From the NCBI GenBank assembly GCA_903929485.1, contig CAIYUY010000152.1, positions 15,756 to 79,755 on the forward strand: a stretch of 64,000 nucleotides of DNA, written 5' to 3'. The notes under the pieces were generated by a model. It did no database searches, was not told the DNA's origin, and worked only from the letters and a program-made list of their open reading frames with translations. Within the stretch, counting starts at the first letter, position 1, and each line of letters begins with the position of its first letter. Positions 34,701-44,455 of this stretch are shown here, piece after piece. The translations under genes and the position numbers were made by a program. Source of the stretch: an uncultured Desulfuromonadales bacterium. Its GTDB lineage: Bacteria > Desulfobacterota > Desulfuromonadia > Geobacterales > CAIOGM01.

Positions 34701-35582
34701 GTGGCTAACGTATCGGTAATCATACCTACCTACCGTAGGGCGCGACTGCTGGGAGAAGCGCTAAAAAGTGTGCTGGAGCAGTCATTCACTGATTTTGAAG
34801 TGATAATCGTTGATGATCATTCGGAGGATGACGGCGCAACCCTGAAAGTTGTCAAGGCCTTCGGTGAGGCGCGTTTCAAGTACGTTTATCTTCATGCCAA
34901 CAGGGGGCCCGCCGGCGCAAGAAATGCCGCCTTACCCCACTGTCATGGAGAGTTTCTCTCTTTTCTGGATAGCGACGATCTGTTCAGACCTTGCAAACTT
35001 GAGAGTCATGCTGCTCTTTTGCGGGCTAATCCCCACGTGGCCATGGTCTATTCGGACGAGTATGTGGTAACGAACGATGGTCATCTCTCGGCGGGAGCTG
35101 TCAGGGGGAATCGAATCCTCCCCTCCGGCTTCATTGCCAAGGAGTTTTTCATGGAGAGTTTTATCGCTACCATGACGGTTACCTTGCGCCGAGCGGTTTT
35201 TGCTGAAATGGGGGGATTCGATGAAACTCTCGCCTGGAACGAAGACGATGATCTCTGGTTCAGGATAATGATGAAGTATCCGGTGATCTGCTCGGAATAT
35301 GTTTCCGGAATACGGCGCCTTCATGATTCGAATATGAGCAGGGACAGAGATAGGATGGTGTGGCATCAGTTGCGCTGCATAGCCAACTATATCAACGTGT
35401 ATGCCGACTTCATGCACGTAAACCATGATCTGGCAGTCGGTCGGCTGAAATCCATCCTCCGTTCCTATCTCCTGGGGAAGCTCGGTAGCCGTCGGCTCCC
35501 CAGCCCGACTCTCCTCGCCTTTTATCTGAGAACGACACGTCAGCTTCACGGCATGAAGAGGAAGGAGCGTTTACCCGCATGA
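34701..35582 (+). CDS. Family 2 glycosyltransferase
   Basis: VSVIIPTYRR...EVIIVDDHSED...DSDD. I chose the GTG start directly after the upstream stop. Confidence 0.75.
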   Translation: MANVSVIIPTYRRARLLGEALKSVLEQSFTDFEVIIVDDHSEDDGATLKVVKAFGEARFKYVYLHANRGPAGARNAALPHCHGEFLSFLDSDDLFRPCKLESHAALLRANPHVAMVYSDEYVVTNDGHLSAGAVRGNRILPSGFIAKEFFMESFIATMTVTLRRAVFAEMGGFDETLAWNEDDDLWFRIMMKYPVICSEYVSGIRRLHDSNMSRDRDRMVWHQLRCIANYINVYADFMHVNHDLAVGRLKSILRSYLLGKLGSRRLPSPTLLAFYLRTTRQLHGMKRKERLPA

Positions 35583-36754
35583 AAGAGCCTGCTTTGCCGG
35601 GAAATAAGCCTGTTGTCGCTCATTCCGTTGCCGGTTGGCTCCCGCTTACCATGACCTGGGTGTACAATCAGGTTCAACGGATGGTCGATTTTGATTCCAT
35701 GATCCTGACAAATTCCATCCAAAATAGTGAACAGTTTCCATGGCATTCCATTTATTGCGAGGAAAGGGCCTTGCAAAAAATCGCCTTCAAGATCGCACGT
35801 AAGTTGAAGATGAGAACGTATCCCTTTATCCACGACTCCGCCATAAAAATTCATAAACCGAGTATTCTTCATTCCCATTTCGGTGATCAAGGTTGGCGCG
35901 ATCTGGCCATGGCAAAAAAACATGGGATGGCGCATCTGGTGACTTTCTATGGGTATGATGTGGGGATGCTTCCGACTCAGCACCCTGTTTGGAAAAAGCG
36001 GTATCAGGAACTGTTCAGGAACGCTGATCTTTTTCTCTGCGAGGGGCCCCATATGGCCGAATCGTTACGAGCCCTCGGTTGCCCTGAGGATAAGGTTAAA
36101 GTACAGCGTCTCGGGGTAGATCTGAAAAAAATTCCTTTCGCGCCGCGTACAATCGGGAAAGATGGGGTTGTAAGGATTCTCATCGCCGGCACGTTTCGTG
36201 AAAAAAAAGGGATACCGTATGCCCTGGAGGCCATCGCTCTCTTGAAGGATACGTACCCCACCCTACAGGTAACGATAGTCGGAGATTCCACGGGGCTGGT
36301 GCGAGAGGAGAGTGAGAAGAGAAACATCCTGGATGTTATTCGTCGGCATGAGCTTGGGCACATCACGCAACTGCTTGGTTTTCAGTCTCACGAGGAGTTG
36401 ATGAAGCTTGCCTATGATCATCATCTTTTTCTTTCACCAAGTGTTACCTCCGCGGATGGTGATACCGAAGGGGGAGCGCCGGTAACCATCATTGAAATGG
36501 CGGCGTCAGGCATGCCGGTAATCAGCACCACGAATTGTGACATTCCGTTTGTTCTGGGTGAATCGAACAGATTGCACCTCGTGCCGGAACGAGACGCCTC
36601 CTCTCTGGCGGATAAGGCTCTGGAGTTCATACTTCGGATGGAAAAAAAAGATTTCGGATTGGCGCATGAAAACAGAGCGTTTATCGAAAGAGAATTGAAT
36701 ATCCTCTTGTGCTCAACCAGGTTGAGTGCTATCTATGCAGCGCTGCTCCGTTAG
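35579..36754 (+). CDS. GT4-type (GT-B) glycosyltransferase
   Basis: The C-terminal E.G.P.T..EMAASGMPVIST pattern is typical of Glycos_transf_1. ATGA overlap with the upstream gene. Confidence 0.7.
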   Translation: MKEPALPGNKPVVAHSVAGWLPLTMTWVYNQVQRMVDFDSMILTNSIQNSEQFPWHSIYCEERALQKIAFKIARKLKMRTYPFIHDSAIKIHKPSILHSHFGDQGWRDLAMAKKHGMAHLVTFYGYDVGMLPTQHPVWKKRYQELFRNADLFLCEGPHMAESLRALGCPEDKVKVQRLGVDLKKIPFAPRTIGKDGVVRILIAGTFREKKGIPYALEAIALLKDTYPTLQVTIVGDSTGLVREESEKRNILDVIRRHELGHITQLLGFQSHEELMKLAYDHHLFLSPSVTSADGDTEGGAPVTIIEMAASGMPVISTTNCDIPFVLGESNRLHLVPERDASSLADKALEFILRMEKKDFGLAHENRAFIERELNILLCSTRLSAIYAALLR

Positions 36755-36802
36755 CCGGCGCAAGCGACAAACCTAAACAACTCCCATTGAAGTACGCCAC
36801 CC

Positions 36803-38071
36803 ATGTCACTAAAAAAAATCCTGATAATAGTCTATGACTTCCCCCCGGAGATCGGAGGCGGCGGAGTCATGAGAACGGTAAAATTGGTCAAGTATCTTCC
36901 GGAAACAGGTTGGCGTCCCATCGTGCTGACTGTTGACCGAAATGATACCTGGATGCCTGACAGGGATCTGCTTGACGAAACATCATGCGCCAGGATTTAT
37001 CGTTGTCGGGATCAGATCGGGAAATATAATTCCAAGGGCGCCGTCGGTGACGAGGTTGACTCACCACCCCGTCCCACGCCGGCAACTACCTATAAGACGA
37101 AATTCAAGGAATTATTCAAGAGCGCTCTTGTTCCGGACAAAAGAGTCGGTTGGTTGCTACCCGCCGTAATGCTTGGCTTGAAAATAATTAAAAAGGAAAA
37201 TATTGATATAATTTACGCCACCTCTCCGCCGCAGACTCCTCTGCTGGTAGGCTGTTTTCTGGCTATCCTAACCGGGAAAAAACTTGTGATCGATTACAGG
37301 GATGCCTGGAGTAGCAATACATTGTTTCAAAGCAGGTACGGTTATCATAATTATATAAATGATAAACTCGAAAAATTCATATTAAGAAGATCAGCGCTCA
37401 TCATAACAACAACAACGCAAATTGAGAACAAACTCCTTCCTAAAACGTCAACTCCCATCGTGACTATTCCCAATGGGTTTGATCCGGAGGATTTTGTTCA
37501 TCTAACTCCGGCTCCGTTGGCGGAAGGAAAGGTGAATTTGGTTTGTCTCGGCGGCTTTTCCGGTTTTCGTACCTCCCGCTTCTTCGTAAGGGGAGTGGCC
37601 GAGCTTGATGGGGAAATAAAGAAAAAATTGGCGGTTCATATCATCGGACAAAGTAGTCCCGAAGAGTCAGCTCTTTTGCGCGGCATTGGCGACATGGAAA
37701 TTAACCTGATAGGGTCCATGACTCACGGGGAAGCATTGCGTTATCTGCTGTCCGCGGACCTGCTGATGCTTTTTATCTTCAAGGAAGAAGACAGTCAGGC
37801 GGCGATACCGGGCAAAGTATATGAATATCTTGCCGCTAAAAAACCGATAATCGCTTTTTGCGACGGACAAAGCGCCTTGGCGAACCTCCTCTCCCAGCTT
37901 GGCGTGAAGCATATCGTCACGCCTGACAATATTCAAGAAATAGTCGGCGCATTGTCCCAGGCGGTAACCGATTCCGTCCCCCTGGAAGTCGACTATCCTT
38001 GCAGCCGATTTGATCGGAAAGAAAACGTGCATCTTTTAGCCGAGAAATTAAATAAAATGATGGACAGATAG
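36803..38071 (+). CDS. GT4-type glycosyltransferase
   Basis: The N-terminus ILIIVYDFPPEIGGGGVMR resembles the Glyco_trans_4 donor-binding fold. The segment is AT-richer than its surroundings. Confidence 0.6.
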   Translation: MSLKKILIIVYDFPPEIGGGGVMRTVKLVKYLPETGWRPIVLTVDRNDTWMPDRDLLDETSCARIYRCRDQIGKYNSKGAVGDEVDSPPRPTPATTYKTKFKELFKSALVPDKRVGWLLPAVMLGLKIIKKENIDIIYATSPPQTPLLVGCFLAILTGKKLVIDYRDAWSSNTLFQSRYGYHNYINDKLEKFILRRSALIITTTTQIENKLLPKTSTPIVTIPNGFDPEDFVHLTPAPLAEGKVNLVCLGGFSGFRTSRFFVRGVAELDGEIKKKLAVHIIGQSSPEESALLRGIGDMEINLIGSMTHGEALRYLLSADLLMLFIFKEEDSQAAIPGKVYEYLAAKKPIIAFCDGQSALANLLSQLGVKHIVTPDNIQEIVGALSQAVTDSVPLEVDYPCSRFDRKENVHLLAEKLNKMMDR

Positions 38072-38081
38072 GGCGCCGTAT

Positions 38082-39356
38082 ATGAATCAAAAATTCAACA
38101 TGGCGGCAAACATGACCTTGATCGGTCTGTTTTTTCATACATTCGTCGTGGTCCACTTTCTGCCGCATCTGCTTGGCTTATCCCAATCTTTTGCCTCGTT
38201 TTTAGCTTTATGGAAAGAGGCGGCGCTGCTGCTTTTGGCGGTCGGTATTGTTTTTAACCGAATCAAGAGCAAGCAGCGGATAATTTTGACCAGAAGTTCC
38301 CTGCTGATTTTATTGTATTTCCTGTACGCGCTTTTCTACGTTTTCGTTGCCGATAACCAGACCATCGGTTTTTATGGACTGCGCAATGAGTTCGAATATT
38401 ACTGTATGTTTTTCATCGGCTGCAACCTGAATCGCGAGGCGAAGGATATTGAGAAATTCTTGAAATTAATACTGTACTCGGCAACGGGCATTGCCGTCTG
38501 GGGTATACTTCAGCCTCTGTTTTTCGGCGAAACCTTCATGCTGCACCTGGGATATGGGAGCGGCGGCAGATTGAGTCCGTCATTTTACATAACGAATTAC
38601 TTTTTCCAGCGCGCCGTTTCCACGTTCGGATCTCCCAATGAGCTTGCGGCTTTTCTCATGATTGTCATGCTACTTCTTATTCCCTGCAAGCTTTATGCAA
38701 GAATGAAAGTAACTAGCGCGCTGTTTTATCCCTGCGTGGCGCTGATCGGCTGTTGTTTCATGTACACGCTTTCTCGAAGCGGCTGGGTCGGTTTTTTTGT
38801 CGCTCTTCTTTATCTTGCCTATGAACTCAGGAACAGAAAAATCTATTACTTTTTTTTTGCAATGATCGTCATTGGCGCCATTACCGCGACCTTCACGGGG
38901 GTTATTGAATATTTGATGCGCACCATCACCATGGAGGACTCCTCCGCCATCAGGCATCTGGAAGTATATTCGGAAAGCCTGAAATTCATGTTGCAACATC
39001 CCTTGGGTATCGGGATCGGCATGGCCGGACCAAAATCCCAGGTTTTTCTGAAGGATAAATACTTGAACAGCGAAAGCTCGTATTTTGTCGTCATGTATGA
39101 AACCGGTCTTGTGGGAATATCGCTTCTTTTGGGTATATTCGCCACCATCATCATGGATTTGAAAAAATATGTCATGACCACGCGAGACGCGGATGACAGG
39201 CTGTTTTCCATAACCGTCATTGCGTCATTCATTGCAGTACTGGTTCAATACCTGTTTCTCCCCACGATACAAGAGCTCGCTATTCCATCTTTTGTCTATT
39301 ATCTGTCAGGCATGGCTATCCGGTTGAATCATGACAGGAGCCACGCCCATGCATAG
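38082..39356 (+). CDS. wzy: O-antigen/EPS polymerase (Wzy / O-antigen ligase-like family)
   Basis: 424 aa with about 10 or more TM segments. The Wzy_C-like core is YTLSRSGWVGFFVALLYL. AT-richer composition. Confidence 0.6.
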   Translation: MNQKFNMAANMTLIGLFFHTFVVVHFLPHLLGLSQSFASFLALWKEAALLLLAVGIVFNRIKSKQRIILTRSSLLILLYFLYALFYVFVADNQTIGFYGLRNEFEYYCMFFIGCNLNREAKDIEKFLKLILYSATGIAVWGILQPLFFGETFMLHLGYGSGGRLSPSFYITNYFFQRAVSTFGSPNELAAFLMIVMLLLIPCKLYARMKVTSALFYPCVALIGCCFMYTLSRSGWVGFFVALLYLAYELRNRKIYYFFFAMIVIGAITATFTGVIEYLMRTITMEDSSAIRHLEVYSESLKFMLQHPLGIGIGMAGPKSQVFLKDKYLNSESSYFVVMYETGLVGISLLLGIFATIIMDLKKYVMTTRDADDRLFSITVIASFIAVLVQYLFLPTIQELAIPSFVYYLSGMAIRLNHDRSHAHA

Positions 39357-40275
39357 AATTACAATTATAATCGTCAACTGGAATACCGTTTATCTCCTCA
39401 AGCAGTGTTTGGATTCGGTGGTGAGTTGCTCCGATGATTCATGCAGGATAATGGTGGTGGATAATGCATCGGATGATGCGAGTGTTTCGGTAGTCACTAC
39501 TTTTTTCCCCCAGGTGGAGCTCATAACCAATAGCGAAAATCTCGGGTTCGCCGGAGGTAACAACATCGCCCTCGGATCAACGGATACCGAATACGTTGTA
39601 TTGCTGAATTCCGATACGATTTTATCGCCTGACTGCGTTGCACTGATGCTTGAGTTCATGGATACCCGTCCCGGCGTCGTTGCCTGCGCCCCTGCTCTTC
39701 GTTTGCCCAGTGGAAAACTCCAGACCGGCGGGGGAGGTTTTGAACTTACCCTTATCACCGCTTTCAACTATTTTCTTTGCCTGTCCAAATTGTTTCCCTT
39801 TCTCTGCAAGGGCTTTTATATAGACCAGGCAACCTACGTCAAGCTGCGGCAACCGGTGAAGGTCGGATGGTTGGCGGGTACATGCCTGATGGTCCGGAAG
39901 TCCGCCATTGATGACGTCGGCGGGCTGGATGACGGGTATTTCATGTATGCCGAGGATGCGGAATGGTGTGACCGGCTTCGCACCAGGGGGGATATTTACT
40001 ATCTTCCCGGTTTGGAGATCGTGCATTACCAGGGGGCAAGCTCCAAGAGTCGCGGCGCCGTGTCCACGGAGTGGCTGGAGGCGACGTGCAACTATTTCCT
40101 TGCGAAACATGGTGTTGTTAAAACGTCTGTTTTCAGGGTCATTCTTGTCGCCGGCTTTTTGCTCAGATTTGCAGCCTACTTCTTTATGAGCTTTTTTGAT
40201 GACGGTTATAGGGGGAATGCCGACGCCATGAGGGCGTTTCTGGTTTTTTCCGCCCGTTGGGAGATGAAATCGTGA
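39349..40275 (+). CDS. Family 2 glycosyltransferase
   Basis: ITIIIVNWN...VVDNASDD...NLGFAGGNN...MYAEDAEWC. Confidence 0.75.
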   Translation: MHRITIIIVNWNTVYLLKQCLDSVVSCSDDSCRIMVVDNASDDASVSVVTTFFPQVELITNSENLGFAGGNNIALGSTDTEYVVLLNSDTILSPDCVALMLEFMDTRPGVVACAPALRLPSGKLQTGGGGFELTLITAFNYFLCLSKLFPFLCKGFYIDQATYVKLRQPVKVGWLAGTCLMVRKSAIDDVGGLDDGYFMYAEDAEWCDRLRTRGDIYYLPGLEIVHYQGASSKSRGAVSTEWLEATCNYFLAKHGVVKTSVFRVILVAGFLLRFAAYFFMSFFDDGYRGNADAMRAFLVFSARWEMKS

Positions 40276-41381
40276 GGGTTCTTTTTCATTCGCGGACCAC
40301 ACTGTTTTCCGTTCCCGGCGGAGATACGGTGCAAGTCCTGAAGACCAAGGAGTATCTGGAAAAGCTGGGTGTTTGCGTCCATATCGCAACCGGCGGTGAA
40401 CCGGATCTTTCCGGCTATGATCTCGTTCATCTTTTTAATCTCGTCCGCCCGCAGGATATTCTGATTCAAACCAGGAGAGCACGAAAGCAGGGTAAAAAAA
40501 TCGCATTATCGACGATCTATGCCATCTATACCGAGTATGATCGCTCCGTGCGAGACGGCGTGGCCGGATTTTTATCCAACCATTTTTCAACATCTTCACT
40601 GGAATACATGAAAACTATTGCCAGAGTCGTTAAAAATAAAGAATTCCATGAAGGGACTTGGCGCTATCTGGCTTGTGGCCACCGGAAATCTCAGTGCGAG
40701 ATTTTGGCGTCAATCGATCTGCTCCTGCCCAATTCGGCCAGCGAGTTTAAAAGAGTTTCCCATGATTTTCCCTCGGCTCATAATGGGGTCACTCTGATTG
40801 TTCCCAATGCCGTCGACGTGGCGCTCTTTAATCCCGGTGAAACAGTTGTTTCCCCAGAGGCTGCCAAATACGAGGGATGTATCCTGTGCGTCGCTCGAAT
40901 CGAAGGGATTAAATCTCAACTCAATCTTGTCCGCGCCATGAAGGGGTTGCCTTGGCAGTTACTTCTCATCGGCAAACCGGCTCCCAACCACCTTGACTAC
41001 TATGAAAAGGTAGTGAAGGAGGGGGGGGACAACGTTCATCTGCTGGGTCAGATCGATCATGAATTGTTGCCCCAATATTACAAGATGGCCAAGGTGCATG
41101 CCCTGATCAGTTGGATGGAAACCACAGGGCTTTCATCTCTTGAAGCCGCCTGCATGGGGTGCAACCTTGTTATTACCGAAAAGGGGGACACCAGGGATTA
41201 TTTCGGAGATTATGCTTATTACTGCGACCCGGAATCGGTGGATTCCATTCGCGCTGCGCTTGTAAGAGCCTATGAAGCCCCGGTAAATCCGCTGTTACGG
41301 CGGCGCGTTCTGAATAATTTCACCTGGGAACATACGGCTAGGAAAACCCTGGAAGGATACTCTCTTGTCCTTAACGATTAA
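40272..41381 (+). CDS. GT4-type glycosyltransferase
   Basis: GTGA start/stop overlap. The N-terminus VLFHSRTTLFSVPGGDTVQ and the C-terminal E..GLSSLEAACMGCNLVIT are typical of the family. Confidence 0.65.
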   Translation: MRVLFHSRTTLFSVPGGDTVQVLKTKEYLEKLGVCVHIATGGEPDLSGYDLVHLFNLVRPQDILIQTRRARKQGKKIALSTIYAIYTEYDRSVRDGVAGFLSNHFSTSSLEYMKTIARVVKNKEFHEGTWRYLACGHRKSQCEILASIDLLLPNSASEFKRVSHDFPSAHNGVTLIVPNAVDVALFNPGETVVSPEAAKYEGCILCVARIEGIKSQLNLVRAMKGLPWQLLLIGKPAPNHLDYYEKVVKEGGDNVHLLGQIDHELLPQYYKMAKVHALISWMETTGLSSLEAACMGCNLVITEKGDTRDYFGDYAYYCDPESVDSIRAALVRAYEAPVNPLLRRRVLNNFTWEHTARKTLEGYSLVLND

Positions 41382-42459
41382 AATCCTCTGTTTGCTGACG
41401 GCGGTCGCCCTGCTGAATGTTTCGCCCTTGGCGGTTCACTGTCATGAATATCGTATCGGAGCTTACTACTTCCCCGGCTGGGAATCCCGCAGTAGTAACT
41501 GGAATGATCTCAAGGGAGCGCCCGGTTCCCGATCGCCGGGGAAAGCTTGGCGGGAGAGGGAGCCGCTGCTTGGTTTTGGTTATCCGGAAGAATCACCCGC
41601 AATTTCGGAAATTCAGATTGATAGCGCTTCTGCTTACGGGATCGATTTTTTTGCCTATGACTGGTACTGGAACGGCGCCTCACCTTATCTGAATCATGCC
41701 GTGGACAATCATATTAAGGCTAAAAACAAGAACAAACTCAAATTTTGCCTGCTCTGGGCAAATCATTTCAGCATACCGGAAACCAAGGAGCAGTTTCTCC
41801 TGATGATCGACTACTGGATAGAAAACTATTTCAAGGATCCGCAGTATCTGGCCATTCAGGGAAAACCGGTGATCATAATTTTTTCTCCTCAACGATTACG
41901 GGATAATGCGGATAAATTCGGCAGCTCCACCAGGGAGCTCTTTGTCGCGGCGAGAAGCAAGGCAATGAAAAGCGGGCTTCCCGGAATTTACTTCATAGGA
42001 GCTACTCCGGCAAACCCCTACTGGGTGAACGGTTATCTGCCGGAGAGCGGCTATGACGCCCTTACCGCCTATAATTACCACTCCGCCGCTTTTCCCGGTT
42101 ATTTCACCGGTAAAGAGCCCAACGCTACTTCCTATGAAGAATTGACGGCGGGTTACGTGAGCCAATGGTCCTGGATTATGAGTCAGTCGAAACTCCCCTA
42201 TTGGGTTCCTCTTTCATCGGGGTGGGATAGCCGTCCCTGGGGTTCGAACACCCCTCACGATAACTCCGCCGGCGCCCCGGAATCTTTCAAGCGGATGCTT
42301 CTGGCGGGTAAGAAAATGATGGACCAACAGCCGGAAAAAAGCATGCGCACGGGAATCATCTATGCCTGGAATGAATTTGGCGAGGGGGGGTATATCGAGC
42401 CGACAAAAAAATGGGGATTCAGGTACCTGCAAGCCATCAAGGATGTATTCGGAAAATGA
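41365..42459 (+). CDS. WbsX-family glycoside hydrolase-like / LPS biosynthesis protein, secreted
   Basis: GAYYFPGWE...YGIDFFAYDWYW resembles the Glyco_tran_WbsX signature. Signal peptide present. TTG start with GGAAGGA upstream. Confidence 0.55.
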   Translation: MSLTIKILCLLTAVALLNVSPLAVHCHEYRIGAYYFPGWESRSSNWNDLKGAPGSRSPGKAWREREPLLGFGYPEESPAISEIQIDSASAYGIDFFAYDWYWNGASPYLNHAVDNHIKAKNKNKLKFCLLWANHFSIPETKEQFLLMIDYWIENYFKDPQYLAIQGKPVIIIFSPQRLRDNADKFGSSTRELFVAARSKAMKSGLPGIYFIGATPANPYWVNGYLPESGYDALTAYNYHSAAFPGYFTGKEPNATSYEELTAGYVSQWSWIMSQSKLPYWVPLSSGWDSRPWGSNTPHDNSAGAPESFKRMLLAGKKMMDQQPEKSMRTGIIYAWNEFGEGGYIEPTKKWGFRYLQAIKDVFGK

Positions 42460-43565
42460 ACATTGCTCTCGTGGGAACACGTGGTGTCCCCGCCGGCTAT
42501 GGCGGTTTTGAAACCTGTGTGGAGGAGTTGGGTCGGCGTTTGGTACAGCGCGGTCATGAGGTTACCGTCTACTGCCGTGACAGCTATTACCGGGAGAAAC
42601 CCGGTGCCTACTTGGGGATGAAACTTGTTTACCTGCCCAATATGAAGAAAAAATCGCTGGACACTCTCTCTCACACCTTTCTTTCGGTTATTCATTCATT
42701 GACTAAAAATTATGATCTGCTCATGGTTTTTAATGCCGCCAACAGCCCGACTCTGCTCCTGCCGCGTCTGCTGGGTCGCCGGATCGCCATCAACACCGAC
42801 GGTCTTGAGTGGAAACGGGGTAAGTGGGGGCCGGTGGGGCGCAGCTATTATAAATTTGCCGAGTGGCTTTCCTGCAAGCTTGCCAACCGGATCGTTACGG
42901 ATTCCATCGGTATCCGGGACTACTATAGGCGGCGGTATGGGGTAGAGGGGGCGCATATCAGTTATGGAGCCTATCTTGAAAATAGCCGTAATCCTGGGCT
43001 TCTTCAATCCCTGGGGGTGTCACCGGGGAACTATTTTCTCCAGGTCACCCGATTCGAACCGGAGAATAATCCCCTCCTGACCATTCAGGCATTCAGGCGG
43101 TTGCAAACCTCGAAAAAACTCGTGGTGGTTGGCGGTGTTCCCTACGAGAGCTCCTACAGTCGCTCCATTGCCGGTGAAGCCGATGAGCGAGTTATTTTGC
43201 CGGGATATATTTATGATCGTGAGCTGTTGAATGAGTTATGGTGTAACTGTTTTGCCTATGTTCATGGCAATGAGGTGGGGGGAACCAATCCGGCGTTGCT
43301 TCAGACCATGGCCTCCGGCTGTTTTACTCTTGCGATCGACGTGCCGTTCAGTCACGATGTCTTGCTGGATGCCGGGATCTATTTTGGAAAGTCACCGGAG
43401 GAGCTGGCGGCGGGAATGCAGTGGGCTTTGCATCATGCCGATGAATTGACTCTGTTCAAACAAAAGGCTGTCCAGCGGATCACTGCGCACTACAGTTGGG
43501 ACCATGTCACGGACCAATATGAAGCGCTCTTTCGCGAGCTCATGGCGGATAAAGGGAATCCTTGA
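42456..43565 (+). CDS. GT4-type glycosyltransferase (DUF1972-like N-terminus)
   Basis: MNIALVGTRGVPAGYGGFETCVEELG is typical of WbaZ/WchF-like enzymes. ATGA overlap with the upstream gene. Confidence 0.65.
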   Translation: MNIALVGTRGVPAGYGGFETCVEELGRRLVQRGHEVTVYCRDSYYREKPGAYLGMKLVYLPNMKKKSLDTLSHTFLSVIHSLTKNYDLLMVFNAANSPTLLLPRLLGRRIAINTDGLEWKRGKWGPVGRSYYKFAEWLSCKLANRIVTDSIGIRDYYRRRYGVEGAHISYGAYLENSRNPGLLQSLGVSPGNYFLQVTRFEPENNPLLTIQAFRRLQTSKKLVVVGGVPYESSYSRSIAGEADERVILPGYIYDRELLNELWCNCFAYVHGNEVGGTNPALLQTMASGCFTLAIDVPFSHDVLLDAGIYFGKSPEELAAGMQWALHHADELTLFKQKAVQRITAHYSWDHVTDQYEALFRELMADKGNP

Positions 43566-43664
43566 GACTCCGGATGCCGTCTCTTGCAGAAGCGCGGAGA
43601 AAACCAACAAATCTTGACAGCGGATTTGTAACGACCTTGCTCCCTGCCCGGTGGCGATTTATAT

Positions 43665-43693
43665 TTGACTCTTGGGGGCAAAGCATTTAATGT
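43665..43693 (+). promoter_or_regulatory. Candidate sigma-70 promoter for the toxin-antitoxin pair, with overlapping direct repeats
   Basis: TTGACT, a 17-nt spacer, then TAATGT. ATTTAATG occurs twice (43685..43692 and 43702..43709), which looks operator-like. Confidence 0.4.
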
Positions 43694-43728
43694 GGTGTCG
43701 AATTTAATGCGTATTCGTGAGGCCTGTC

Positions 43729-44007
43729 ATGTCCATCAGTTTGGCGGAAGACATTCGTTCGGTCACCGATCTTAAGCGGCATACACGTGAGATTCTCGAT
43801 CAAATTCATCAGACCGGGCGACCGGTAGTGCTGACGGTAAACGGTAGAGCTGATTCGGTCATTATTGATGTCAAGGTCTATGAAAAACAGCTGAACGCAA
43901 TGAACCTGGCCCGACTCCTTTCTGAAGCCGAGGCTGAAATATCAAGCGGTCAAACCCGACCGGCCCGTACGTTTCTGGCTGAGTTCAAAAATGCCCGTAA
44001 CATATGA
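43729..44007 (+). CDS. Phd/YefM-family antitoxin
   Basis: SVTDLKRHTREILDQIHQTGRPVVLTVNGRADSVIIDVKVYE is the canonical Phd/YefM N-domain. It overlaps the toxin gene. Confidence 0.8.
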   Translation: MSISLAEDIRSVTDLKRHTREILDQIHQTGRPVVLTVNGRADSVIIDVKVYEKQLNAMNLARLLSEAEAEISSGQTRPARTFLAEFKNARNI

Positions 44008-44314
44008 CGTTGAGATCACCCTTGCCGCGGAGCGGGATGTTGAGGCAATCTGGGACTACCTCTCCGTCGACAGTCCAGGAAACGCCACGGCCTTCATAGT
44101 ACGTCTTGATGATCAGATCGCCACGCTGGAACGAGTTCCCGAGCGCTGTTCATTGATTTTGGAAAACGAACTTCTGGGGACGTCCTATCGTCAGCTGCTC
44201 TTTGGCGCCTACCGCACGATATTCCGCATTACCGGTAAGAGTGTATATATTCTGCGTATCATCCATGGCGCCCGCTTGATTCATGTGTCCTGTTTTGATC
44301 CGGTCAGGCCCTAA
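43991..44314 (+). CDS. parE: ParE/RelE-family toxin
   Basis: 107 aa. ...AERDVEAIWDYL...YRTIFRITGKSVYILRIIHGAR is typical of ParE. Confidence 0.75.
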   Translation: MPVTYDVEITLAAERDVEAIWDYLSVDSPGNATAFIVRLDDQIATLERVPERCSLILENELLGTSYRQLLFGAYRTIFRITGKSVYILRIIHGARLIHVSCFDPVRP

Positions 44315-44455
44315 TGCTGACCTTTTCCTTTGTTTTCCGCGTCTCTTCACGGTAAACCGGTTTCCGGTATTCCTTGCGCCCGATGACACGCGGAGGGCAT
44401 TCTTGGCTCTTTCCCCGTCGCAACCGGACTTCGACCTTTCATAAGCTCTACTGCC

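Noticed and set aside
43566-44455. The toxin-antitoxin region as part of a mobile element
   Set aside because: There is no integrase, transposase or terminal inverted repeat nearby. Only a 10-nt palindrome (AAACCGGTTT) was seen, which is insufficient.
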